From Planctomycetota bacterium (GTDB lineage: Bacteria > Planctomycetota > Phycisphaerae > Phycisphaerales > SM1A02), in assembly GCA_036339395.1 (NCBI GenBank), contig JAYZBD010000099.1, positions 1-59,245 on the forward strand: DNA of 59,245 nt. The letters are read 5' to 3'. The notes under the pieces are model-generated. The model was given only the letters and a program-made list of their open reading frames with translations. It did not search any database and was not told the origin of the DNA. Below, one piece after another: positions 49,804-58,715 of this stretch (positions are counted from its first letter, which is position 1; each line of letters starts with the position of its first letter). Both the position numbers and the translations under genes were made by a program.

Positions 49804-51527
49804 TCATCGGGGCAACTGGAACGATCGGTCGCCGGGTCCTCCTGCACCGGCTGTCAAAGGGCGACTCCGTGACGGTGATGACTCGGGATGCGGGTCGTAC
49901 ACGTCGGCTCCTTGCGGCGATGGGGCATGTCGGCGTTCCGACCATCGAGGGAGATACATCGACGCCCGGACCCTGGCAGGCTGCAGTTGACGGGCAGGAC
50001 GTCGTCATCGTCCTCGGTGGTGCCGGGATTGCAGACAAGCGATGGTCAAAGCGGCGTTTGAAGCAGATCCGGACGAGCCGGGTCGATGGGGTCTACCAGG
50101 TTGTCCGGGCAATCGACATCGCCCAGCAGCCGCCGGCGGTTCTGATCGTGGCTTCCGCCGTGGGGTACTACGGTGACACGGGTCGAGTGCTCGATGACGA
50201 GTTCACTCCTGCTGGCAGTGACGCGTTGGCCAGCCTGTGCCTGGACTGGGAGAACCAGGCAATCCGTGCAGAACGACTCTGCCGCGTGATCCGCCTGCGA
50301 CTGGGTGTCGTACTCGATGCCAGTGGCGGAGCGATCAGGAAGATGCTCCCGGTGTTCAGGAAGGGCCTGGGTGGGCGGTTGGGCTCCGGTCGGCAGTACA
50401 TGTCGTGGATTTCATGGCATGACGTGGTCGGGATCATCGACCATCTCATCGGGATCGACTCCGCTTCGGGGGCCTACAACCTCGCCTCGCCGACCTCGGT
50501 GACGAACAGGGAGTTCACGAAGACGCTTGCCGCCGTGCTTGGCCGCCCTGCGTTCCTTCCAGTTCCTGGTCCAGTCCTGAGGCTCGTCATGGGAAAGCTG
50601 GCCAGGTACCTGCTCATGGGGCAGCGTGCCTATCCGGCCCGAGTACTCGAGTCTGGATACGAGTTCAGGCATCCCGTGCTGGAGGGCGCCCTTGCAGCGG
50701 TGCTCAACGCAACACCCGGCGAGGATCCGGCAATCGAAGTTCCCGGGCCATCCGAGCCCCCGGGCATCATCGTGGTCGACATCGATGGATTCACCGGGGA
50801 ATCCTCCAGCTTGAAGTCGGCGATGCGACTGCTTGATCGAACAGGGTGTGAAATCATTCTTGCAACCAGCCATGGACTCAAGGAAGCAATCCAGCTGCTG
50901 CATGACCTTGATCGATCTTCGACGACGATTGCAGCCGATGGTGCGCTCATCCTCGGCAGGGGAGGAACATCCGTTCACGCTTCCCGCCCGCTTGGCGATG
51001 TTCTGCTGTACACGATCCTTGCAGCCCTGGGAGAGATCAACGGAGTCGTCGAGGTGGAATTTGAGCGACAGGATGGAGAGTGTGCATCCTGGAGCTCATC
51101 GGATCCACTGCCCCCGGTTGAATCACTGTCCGGTATCTACCGCGTGCACGTCGGGGGAACCGAGGCGGTATGCGCCCAGTCAGAGCATCTTGTTCGAGAA
51201 CGATTCTGGAAACAGCGGCAGGTTGCATGCCAACTGGCCGAGGATGGCAGGCTGGAAGTCCTCGACCCGTTGGCTGACCGTGGAGTTGCCATCCAGGAAA
51301 TTGCCCGTCGGCTCCATGTACCTCGTGAACGTGTTGCAGCGGTAGTCAGGGGTGATCGCAGTGCAGGCCTGGCGGAGTGGAGTGGCTTCTCGGTTGCCCT
51401 CAAGGGTGCTTCCGCTACCATTCAAGGTCTGGCGGATGCAACAACTCGCTCGCCGGGCACCGACGGAATCGTGGAAGCGATGGAACGATGGCTTCGTCCA
51501 AGACCCCATGGAATGGAGAAGATATGA
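49791..51527 (+). CDS. Fusion protein: NAD-dependent epimerase-like SDR (YfcH/TIGR01777 type with DUF1731) plus HAD-like (Cof-type) C-terminal domain
   Basis: N: MRTLIIGATGTIGRRV, GRQYMSWISWHDVV, ARVLESGYEFRHPVLEGAL. C: IIVVDIDGFTG...ILATSHGL... Confidence 0.72.
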   Translation: MRTLIIGATGTIGRRVLLHRLSKGDSVTVMTRDAGRTRRLLAAMGHVGVPTIEGDTSTPGPWQAAVDGQDVVIVLGGAGIADKRWSKRRLKQIRTSRVDGVYQVVRAIDIAQQPPAVLIVASAVGYYGDTGRVLDDEFTPAGSDALASLCLDWENQAIRAERLCRVIRLRLGVVLDASGGAIRKMLPVFRKGLGGRLGSGRQYMSWISWHDVVGIIDHLIGIDSASGAYNLASPTSVTNREFTKTLAAVLGRPAFLPVPGPVLRLVMGKLARYLLMGQRAYPARVLESGYEFRHPVLEGALAAVLNATPGEDPAIEVPGPSEPPGIIVVDIDGFTGESSSLKSAMRLLDRTGCEIILATSHGLKEAIQLLHDLDRSSTTIAADGALILGRGGTSVHASRPLGDVLLYTILAALGEINGVVEVEFERQDGECASWSSSDPLPPVESLSGIYRVHVGGTEAVCAQSEHLVRERFWKQRQVACQLAEDGRLEVLDPLADRGVAIQEIARRLHVPRERVAAVVRGDRSAGLAEWSGFSVALKGASATIQGLADATTRSPGTDGIVEAMERWLRPRPHGMEKI

Positions 51528-52477
51528 CAGGCCAGGAAGATGAAACCCGGACAGCGATGATGACCGAGGGTACGCCACGGGAAACAACGCCTGGTTCCAC
51601 GACACGGGATGTCTGGATCGATGGTTCTTTCGTGGACCAGTCGGAGGCCAGGATCAGTGTCTTCGATCATGGCCTGCTCTACGGGGATGGCTGCTTCGAG
51701 GGGATTCGCATCTACAACGGCCGGATCTTCAAGCTCGGCACGCACCTTGAACGCCTCTTTGCGTCCGCCGAATCGATCAGACTTGAGCCCTCGTATGACA
51801 TCGAGACCATCGAACAGGTGACGAGGGAAGTGGTTGAACGAAACGGTCTCAAGGACGGCTACATCAGGATCGTCATCACCCGTGGCATCGGTTCGCTTGG
51901 ACTGCACCCGTTCAAATGCGAACGTTCTTCCGTCATCATCATCGCCGATGTCATCAGCCTCTACCCGGATTCGATGTACACCGAGGGCATGTCGGTCATC
52001 GTCGCCAAGCGACCACGCCTGCCGGTGGCATGTCTTGATCCACGGATCAAGAGCCTCAACTACCTGAACAACATCCTCGCGAAGATCGAGGCCATCGATG
52101 CCGGTGTTCTCGAGGCCATCATGCTCAACACCGAGGGCCTGGTCGCCGAGTGCACCGGTGACAACATCTTCATCATCAAGGATGGGGTCATCTCGACCCC
52201 CGATACCGAGGCCGGCATGCTGCATGGCATCACCAGGCAGTACGTCATCGACACGGTTGCCCCTGCTCTTGGGTACACCATCGAGGAGCGAAGCCACCAG
52301 GTCGAGGATGTGAAGGGGGCTGACGAGGTCTTCCTCACGGGAACGGCCGCCGAGATCATCGGGGTGTCCTCGATCGATGGTGACCAGGTCGGCAGTGGCG
52401 TGGTTGGACCCGTCACAGCAGCCCTGGCTGCAGAGTTCACCCGGCTCGTCCGCGAGGAACGTGCGCCTGAGGATTGA
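51524..52477 (+). CDS. ilvE: Branched-chain-amino-acid aminotransferase (class IV PLP)
   Basis: WIDGSFVDQSEARISVFDHGLLYGDGCFEGIRIYNGRIF, RIKSLNYLNNILAK, FLTGTAAEI. The ATG at 51524 overlaps the upstream stop (ATGA). Confidence 0.9.
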   Translation: MTGQEDETRTAMMTEGTPRETTPGSTTRDVWIDGSFVDQSEARISVFDHGLLYGDGCFEGIRIYNGRIFKLGTHLERLFASAESIRLEPSYDIETIEQVTREVVERNGLKDGYIRIVITRGIGSLGLHPFKCERSSVIIIADVISLYPDSMYTEGMSVIVAKRPRLPVACLDPRIKSLNYLNNILAKIEAIDAGVLEAIMLNTEGLVAECTGDNIFIIKDGVISTPDTEAGMLHGITRQYVIDTVAPALGYTIEERSHQVEDVKGADEVFLTGTAAEIIGVSSIDGDQVGSGVVGPVTAALAAEFTRLVREERAPED

Positions 52478-52492
52478 CCTGCACCGGGCTTC

Positions 52493-53902
52493 TCAGTCCC
52501 CACCACCGACAGTCAGGGCGACATCCTGGTTGTTGTTGCCTGCGCAGGCGGTCTCCACATGAAGTGACTGGGCACGAAGGGTCGACCAGTCTTCTACCCG
52601 TGTGTCCGGGGACTCGCCGTTTCCATGGACCCGGAGCATCCGATACGCATTGTCACGCTGGGCTGGTGTGAACCCTGCCTCGCGGATGAGGTGGCAGATG
52701 AGGGGTTCACTCAGGCAGTAGGTGGTTCCAGCTGCACTGACGACGTTCTCCTCCATCATGACCGAGCCCATGTCGTTGGCACCCCAGGCCAGCGCCGTCT
52801 GCCCGATGTGCGGGCCCATGGTGACCCAGCTTGCGCCGATGGAGTAGATGTTGTCGAGGTAGAGGCGGCTGATCGCCTGCGTGCGGAGGTAGTCGGTAGC
52901 GCCTGACATGCGGATGCGTCGGCCGAACTCGGAATGGGCCTCCTTCGTTCCGCCCCCATCGAGCCTCGACACGACATCACCAGGGAAGGGAGCATCGTGT
53001 TCGCCATCTTCTCCCCATTCCCGGCAGCGACCCAGCGGGGTGTTCTCTCTCTGGAAGGGCCATGAGATGAAGGCCATGTATCGTCCACCATCATCGCTGG
53101 CATAGTCGTTGATGCTCTTCTCCTGCCATTGCCGGACCAGTTCCATGTGGTGAATGCGATCGGCGATTCCCTCGATGTGCCCGAACATCATCGTGGCCGA
53201 GGTATTCATGCCAAGTTCATGAGCGACCTGCATGACGGTCAGCCAGGCCTCGGCATCGCATTTGCCCAGGCCGATCTTGCGCCTGACCGCATCCGCGAAG
53301 ATCTCTCCACCTCCTCCAGGTACGGATCGAAGTCCGGCCTCTGCCAGCGTCTTCATGACGCCACGGAGTTTCTCGGCGAGTGTCGTACCGGGTGGATCGA
53401 AGAACTCGATGAATTCGATGAACTCCGGTGGACTGAAGGCATGCACATGGATGTCCGGGAACCGATCACCAATGGCCTGCAGCAGGTCCACGTACCACTC
53501 GAGAGGCAGTTCCGGGTTCATGCCGCCCTGCATGAGAATCTGCGTGCCGCCGATATCGACGAGTGCCTGGATCTTCTCGAGGATCTGTTCAACCTCGAGG
53601 GTGTAGGCGTCCTCCTCGTCACCATCGCGTCGGAAGGCACAGAAGGTGCACTTGGCCGTACAGACATTCGTGTAGTTGATGTTCCGGTCGATGACGTAGG
53701 TCCGCAGCTGCTCACCATGGAGGTGGCGACAGCGGGCGTCGGCCCAGCGGCCCAGTTCCTGCAGGGGCATCTCGTGGAAGAGCTGCATGGCCTGTTCTCC
53801 ACCGAGGCGGAGGCTTCCCGTGACGATGTCCTGCAGGACGGCTGGGTCGAGCACATCGGCGGCTGGCTGGATTGGTGGCGAACTGGCCATCGGACCGCCC
53901 AT
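52493..53902 (-). CDS. Futalosine-pathway menaquinone biosynthesis radical SAM enzyme (MqnC/MqnE family)
   Basis: TYVIDRNINYTNVCTAKCTFCAF (CxxxCxxC) and GANDMGSVMMEENVVSAAG. I cannot separate MqnC from MqnE by eye. Start at 53902 or 53890. Confidence 0.82.
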   Translation of the reverse strand: MGGPMASSPPIQPAADVLDPAVLQDIVTGSLRLGGEQAMQLFHEMPLQELGRWADARCRHLHGEQLRTYVIDRNINYTNVCTAKCTFCAFRRDGDEEDAYTLEVEQILEKIQALVDIGGTQILMQGGMNPELPLEWYVDLLQAIGDRFPDIHVHAFSPPEFIEFIEFFDPPGTTLAEKLRGVMKTLAEAGLRSVPGGGGEIFADAVRRKIGLGKCDAEAWLTVMQVAHELGMNTSATMMFGHIEGIADRIHHMELVRQWQEKSINDYASDDGGRYMAFISWPFQRENTPLGRCREWGEDGEHDAPFPGDVVSRLDGGGTKEAHSEFGRRIRMSGATDYLRTQAISRLYLDNIYSIGASWVTMGPHIGQTALAWGANDMGSVMMEENVVSAAGTTYCLSEPLICHLIREAGFTPAQRDNAYRMLRVHGNGESPDTRVEDWSTLRAQSLHVETACAGNNNQDVALTVGGGD

Positions 53903-53927
53903 GGTACCCGGAGGTTGCCCGTGGGTC

Positions 53928-54536
53928 TCAACCGGAGCAGCCATCCTCGATCGAGCGGACAAGGCCATCAAGGTTCACTGTCCTGGCATCCACCTCGTCC
54001 CGGAGGTGTCCAGCGTGTTCCTGGTCGGCGAGTTGCGACAGGTTGGCCTTGAGATTCCAGGCCGCGGCACGAGCAGCAGCTCCTGCCAGCACGGCTGCAA
54101 CGGCAAGATCGCTTGCCAGGAGTCGATTCGTCGTTTTCACGAGGCTGGCGAGGAGGGCAAGCATGGCTTCACAGGCATCGATGGTTTCCTGGGGGGGCTT
54201 CATGGCGCCTTCAAGTGCCTGGTCCCACTCGGCGAGTCGTTTTTCGTCATCTGCCGGGAGTTTCATCAGTTCATTGAGATGTGCGTAGGCAGTTGCATCA
54301 GCATCTGCAAGGTCCAGTGCAGAGCGTTCACAGGCTCGAAGTTGCAGCAGCGCGTCTTCATTGCCTGCCTGGAACTCAGCCAGCGACTTCTTGTCGATGG
54401 AGTAGGCGAGGACCATGCGTGCCAGTGATGCTGAAAGTGCAAGCGTGGTGGATGCCAGTGCTCCACCACCGGGGATCGGCGTCTTCTCGCCGAGAGCCTC
54501 CAGCAACTGGGTGATTGTGGAATCCGGCAGGCCCAT
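53928..54536 (-). CDS. Cyclodeaminase/cyclohydrolase family protein (FTCD C-terminal-like)
   Basis: LLEALGEKTPIPGGGALASTTLALSASLARMV is the family signature. All-helical, 202 aa. Confidence 0.8.
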   Translation of the reverse strand: MGLPDSTITQLLEALGEKTPIPGGGALASTTLALSASLARMVLAYSIDKKSLAEFQAGNEDALLQLRACERSALDLADADATAYAHLNELMKLPADDEKRLAEWDQALEGAMKPPQETIDACEAMLALLASLVKTTNRLLASDLAVAAVLAGAAARAAAWNLKANLSQLADQEHAGHLRDEVDARTVNLDGLVRSIEDGCSG

Positions 54537-54538
54537 GA

Positions 54539-56563
54539 TCAGTTCCGGATCTCCGCCTGGAACGTCGATTCAAGTGCATCGATGGCCTGCTGGACAGGTC
54601 CATCGACCTCGTCATGGGTGAGCGTTCGCTTGGCATCGCGGAAGCAGAGTCGCAGCGTGATCGACTTCCTGTCCGAGCCGACCTGTTCTCCACGCCAGGT
54701 GGTGACGAAGTCGACTGATTCAAGCAAGGCAAGGTCCAGTCCGTTGATGCACATGGCGAGCTCTTGCCAGGTGGCGGTTTCCTGGACGATGGCGGAGATA
54801 TCCCGCTCGATGGCCGGGAATGCAGGCAGCGGCTTGAGATCTGCCACGGGTGGATACCCGGCAAGCAATCCACGAAGACACAGTTCGGCGCCCATGACAT
54901 CATGCTCGAGACCATGGGCATTCCGGATCGACCCGGCGAGCAGTCCCATGCGACCGATGGGAGAACCACCGAGTCTCAGCAGGGCACCGGGCTCGAACCA
55001 AGGTGCATCGGTTGACGGCGTGGACTCGATTGTCGCACTGGAACCCTGCAACCTGCACGCAAGTCGTTCAATGACGCCCAGCAGGGGACGAAGGCCATCC
55101 GCCGGCTCGACGAAATCCATCAGGAGGCCAAGGTGAAGTGACTCATCATGTCCCTTCTTCGTGGCATGAAAGACCGAGCCACCTTCGAAGAGCCGCATCG
55201 TTCCTGCTCCCTGGTCCTGGTTGTGTGCGCGGACCCGCAAGAGGCTTGGCAGCAGGGATGGCCGGAGGATCGTATCCCCACCCTCGCGTTCATCGATGGT
55301 GCCCAGGAGCGAGGTACCTCCGGGCAGGAATGGTGTTGCAGCAGTTTCGTTGATGAGCGAGTGGGTGACTGTTTCCATGAAGCCTTCGGCGACAAGGTGG
55401 GCGTCGAGGGCTCGCCTGCCCAGGACCCTGGGCTGGGCACTGGCCGGCCTGGTACTGATGACCTCGTTCACGGGCAGGTCGTTGTAGCCCTGCATCCTGG
55501 CAACCTCTTCGACAAGGTCGATTTCCCGCTCGATGTCGCCTCGCTCACATGGCACGGTGACATTGATGGAATCCCCCTCGAGCGTGGGATTGAAACCCAG
55601 CGTGTCGAGCACCTGGACCATCTCTTCAGCGGGAATGTCCCGCCCGAGGATCGATCTGCACCGATCCATTCGCATCGAGACTTCTCGCAGGGGAGGCAGG
55701 TCGGCTCCCGCCGAGAGGACACCCTTGCAGAGGGTGCCACCTGCATGTTCAAGGACAAGGGAAGCAAGTCGCTGGGCGCAGGCATCAACCTGCAGCGGGG
55801 AGACTCCCCGCTCGAACCTGAAGGATGAATCGCTGCTGATCCCGTGCAGTCGACTCGTCCTGCGAACGCGTACCGGGTCGAATGTCGCCGCTTCGAGCAG
55901 GATGTTGGTTGTCTTCTCCGTAACGGCCGAGGCGGCCCCACCCTTGACGCCCGCGAGGGCGACGGGTTTTTCCGCATCGGCGATGACCAGTTCCTCGCCG
56001 GTCAGGGTGATGGGGGTGGCGCCTTCGCCCAGTGGCAGGAAGGTTTCACCCTTTCGTGCCATTCGAATGATGATGGTCTCTCCAGCGAGGGTGTCCAGGT
56101 CGAAGGCATGGGTGGGCTGTCCCATTTCAAAGAGGACGAAGTTGCTTGCGTCCACGATGACATTCCTGGGGATGTCACCACGTGTCTCCAGTCGCTGGGC
56201 GATGTCCTTCGGGGAGGGTGTCACGTTCACGCCACGAATGACACGAGCGGTATAGAGGGGGCAGGCGGCGGGTTCCTCGTTGACCACCGTGACATGATCA
56301 CCGATGGGGTCATCCGATTCCGTCACCGTGCTGTCGGGCAGGACGAGGCTTCGGCCACTGATTGCGGCGATTTCCCGGGCAAGTCCCAGGTGGCAGGTGC
56401 AGTCACCCCGGTTGGACATCATCTCGAAGTCCAGCGCGATGTCATCATCTCGCTCGATGCGTTCCTCCAGCGGGAATCCGGCTGCTGTCAGCAGGTCTCC
56501 CTGCTCGGCATCGGTCGCCTGGGGGTCGAGGTAGTCATTCATCCATCGGACGGACGTCAACAT
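54539..56563 (-). CDS. pheT: Phenylalanine--tRNA ligase beta subunit (short form lacking the N-terminal OB tRNA-binding domain)
   Basis: B1 start MLTSVRWMNDYLD..., then directly FEMMSNRGDC. B3/4, B5 and FDX-ACB-like C-terminus (SITLRLCFRDAKRTLTHDEV). ATG at 56563. Confidence 0.92.
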   Translation of the reverse strand: MLTSVRWMNDYLDPQATDAEQGDLLTAAGFPLEERIERDDDIALDFEMMSNRGDCTCHLGLAREIAAISGRSLVLPDSTVTESDDPIGDHVTVVNEEPAACPLYTARVIRGVNVTPSPKDIAQRLETRGDIPRNVIVDASNFVLFEMGQPTHAFDLDTLAGETIIIRMARKGETFLPLGEGATPITLTGEELVIADAEKPVALAGVKGGAASAVTEKTTNILLEAATFDPVRVRRTSRLHGISSDSSFRFERGVSPLQVDACAQRLASLVLEHAGGTLCKGVLSAGADLPPLREVSMRMDRCRSILGRDIPAEEMVQVLDTLGFNPTLEGDSINVTVPCERGDIEREIDLVEEVARMQGYNDLPVNEVISTRPASAQPRVLGRRALDAHLVAEGFMETVTHSLINETAATPFLPGGTSLLGTIDEREGGDTILRPSLLPSLLRVRAHNQDQGAGTMRLFEGGSVFHATKKGHDESLHLGLLMDFVEPADGLRPLLGVIERLACRLQGSSATIESTPSTDAPWFEPGALLRLGGSPIGRMGLLAGSIRNAHGLEHDVMGAELCLRGLLAGYPPVADLKPLPAFPAIERDISAIVQETATWQELAMCINGLDLALLESVDFVTTWRGEQVGSDRKSITLRLCFRDAKRTLTHDEVDGPVQQAIDALESTFQAEIRN

Positions 56564-56648
56564 GGTGGCAGGGTACCGGGGGAGGGGGGTCCTTGGGTAG
56601 TCGTCGAGCTGGCGAGGGCTGCCAAGGCGGGCGCAGTACACTGCCTCC

Positions 56649-57254
56649 ATGCTGCCACGGTCCCCTGCCCTGGTCTTGATCTGCCTCCTGTTGCCCCTGG
56701 GGTGTGCCAGTACGCACCCTGCAGGCTCTTCGCGTGATTACTACGCCGATGTGCCCGAGAATTTCTCGATCGATGTGACCATCCTGGCTGCCGAGGATGA
56801 GCCCGAGGCCCATCGTCGCACGGCTCGCTACGTCGTCTTCCCGGATGGGTCATTGCACCATGAGGCCAAGCCCGGTGCCGGGCCGAATACGCTTCCGCCA
56901 CTGTCGCGTCGACTCAGCAAGGCACAGATGGCCGCATTGTGGGCGAAGGCAAGGGAACTTGGCCTGGTTGATGTGTCGAAAGCCGACCAGGTCGAGAACT
57001 TTCGCCGGGTGGTGCATCCCTCCTCGGGTCATGCCTACCTGGTCGCTTTCACTGCCGATGGTGACTACTGGAATTTCACACGTGGTGTTCCAGAGGGTGA
57101 ACGTCTTGAGCCGGCGTTGACCGAGATGATCCGGGAACTGGCGATGCTTGCCTGGGCCGAGGATGGGCTTGATGATCGTCTGCGAGCCGAACCCCTGCGC
57201 TATGACTTCGGTCCTGATCCGTGGGCAGCGTATCGAGCAGGCGAGGGGCCATGA
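56649..57254 (+). CDS. Hypothetical lipoprotein (paralog A)
   Basis: Lipobox LLLPLGCAS. Shares ARYvVfPDG..., ...FT..G and helical C-terminal segments with the next gene. Confidence 0.6.
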   Translation: MLPRSPALVLICLLLPLGCASTHPAGSSRDYYADVPENFSIDVTILAAEDEPEAHRRTARYVVFPDGSLHHEAKPGAGPNTLPPLSRRLSKAQMAALWAKARELGLVDVSKADQVENFRRVVHPSSGHAYLVAFTADGDYWNFTRGVPEGERLEPALTEMIRELAMLAWAEDGLDDRLRAEPLRYDFGPDPWAAYRAGEGP

Positions 57255-57793
57255 TGTCGAACGTCCGAGTTCACCTGCTCCTCTTGTCGGTGCTGATGTT
57301 TGCCGGGTGCAATACCTGGCCCAACTGGTATCACCCGGAGGATGGCTCCAGCCCGACGAACAATCTCGGCTTGGAACTGGACCTGACGGATCACGAGGAG
57401 TCCCAATATGCCCGGTACAGGGTGGAGCCTGATGGGGTGATCACGTTCTGGGGAGGGGCAAACGCGGTCTTCGACCATGTGACCTGGCGTGGCACCATCA
57501 ACAACCCCGAAGGCCAGTCGATCGACAAGCTCGTGCGTGAGGGGGACTGGTTCGAGTCTCCGCCGACGGGCGATCGCAAGGGGAACCAGACATGGATCAT
57601 CACGGTGATCGAGCCTGGTCGCCGCCGGGACTTCACGGTGCACGGACACGCGATGCGTGTCGATGAACTCTGGAGCATCCTGCAATCGGCATCATCCCGC
57701 CGCTTCAAACATGTCATTGAGGCATTGCCCAAGCCGGGCATCGAATCCCTGAACAGGAAATCGACTCCAGCCGAGCAGGATCAGCAACCATGA
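57251..57793 (+). CDS. Hypothetical lipoprotein (paralog B)
   Basis: ATGA overlap with the previous gene. Lipobox VLMFAGCNT. ARYRVEPDGVITFW parallels ARYVVFPDGSLHHE in paralog A. Confidence 0.6.
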   Translation: MMSNVRVHLLLLSVLMFAGCNTWPNWYHPEDGSSPTNNLGLELDLTDHEESQYARYRVEPDGVITFWGGANAVFDHVTWRGTINNPEGQSIDKLVREGDWFESPPTGDRKGNQTWIITVIEPGRRRDFTVHGHAMRVDELWSILQSASSRRFKHVIEALPKPGIESLNRKSTPAEQDQQP

Positions 57794-58575
57794 AATCCCG
57801 AGGGTTGAGTCTCATAGGGATTCTTGTCACGCTCGTGTGCATCGTACTGCTCCTGTCGTTCACATTGCCTGCGCTTCGAACTGCGACAACGGGCATAACG
57901 CCACAGGGTACGCAGGCACCCAACAGCGCCTGGGGAGCGGCCGAAATGCTGCAACTGCAGGCCCTTGGTCAGTCGGTCCTGACCCAGAACATCCTTGGCG
58001 ACAGCATGTATTCCAGGCCAAGCGATGCCTCGGGAACCGGGGACCGAACGCTGGACACGACGGCGAATCTCTATTCCCTGCTGATCATGGAGCGCTTCAC
58101 CGTGCCCAAGCAGTTGGTGCGCAAGGGTGATCGTGGCTACGTGGAAATCGACGATGACTACAGCTGGGCGGCGTACAGTCCGAGGAACGGCGTGTACTGG
58201 GATCCATCCTTCGTCGCCGACCTGGATGTGCTGTCAAATGTCTCCTATGCGCACATGCCATTGACAGGCCGTCGGGTCGATGACTACTGGCGTGCATCCT
58301 TCTCGACGGACTACCCGCTCTTTGGCAGTCGTGGCCCGGAGGATGGAATCGACTCGTTGAACTCGGTGACATGCCTGGATGGAGGCTGGAGTGGCCGGGT
58401 CGTCTTCGCGGACGGGCACGTGGATTTCCTGTCCTCGATCGGTTCATTCAACAGGCAGTGGAACGGTCGTGCGGACAACCTCTTCAGGATCGACGATGAG
58501 CGGAACGGGGCCGATGCGGTCCTGGGTTTCTCCGAGTCGATCGACGAGGACGGTGTCACGTTGCAGTGGGATTGA
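57790..58575 (+). CDS. Pseudopilin-like protein (degenerate prepilin N-terminus, DG-type C-terminal motif)
   Basis: ATGA overlap with the previous gene. The N-terminus MKSRGLSLIGILVTLVCIVLLL resembles GFTLIELLVV but has Gly instead of Glu at +5. The C-terminus GRVVFADGHVDFLSS resembles the H-X9-DG family ending. Confidence 0.65.
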   Translation: MKSRGLSLIGILVTLVCIVLLLSFTLPALRTATTGITPQGTQAPNSAWGAAEMLQLQALGQSVLTQNILGDSMYSRPSDASGTGDRTLDTTANLYSLLIMERFTVPKQLVRKGDRGYVEIDDDYSWAAYSPRNGVYWDPSFVADLDVLSNVSYAHMPLTGRRVDDYWRASFSTDYPLFGSRGPEDGIDSLNSVTCLDGGWSGRVVFADGHVDFLSSIGSFNRQWNGRADNLFRIDDERNGADAVLGFSESIDEDGVTLQWD

Positions 58576-58612
58576 AGGGTGCGCTCCGCCGGGCAATCAC
58601 ATGCTTAAGAAA

Positions 58613-58685
58613 TAGGCTGGGCAGGATTCGAACCTGCGACCCGGCGATTATGAGTCGCTTGCTCTGACCACTGAGCTACCAGCCC
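58613..58685 (-). tRNA. tRNA-Met (anticodon CAT; elongator-type, could also be Ile2/lysidine)
   Basis: Reverse complement: GGGCTGG TA GCTC AGTGGTCA GAGC A AGCGA CTCATAA TCGCC GGGTC GCAGG TTCGAAT CCTGC CCAGCCT A. G1-U72 wobble. No 3 consecutive GC pairs in the anticodon stem, so it is not an initiator. Confidence 0.9.
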
Positions 58686-58694
58686 GGTGGTGGA

Positions 58695-58700
58695 AGTGTA
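58695..58700 (-). promoter_or_regulatory. Candidate -10 box (TACACT) for tRNA-Met
   Basis: The minus strand reads CTGTACACT, then 9 nt, then the tRNA 5' end. Same hexamer as upstream of tRNA-Lys. Confidence 0.3.
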
Positions 58701-58715
58701 CAGCAGTTGGTCGTC

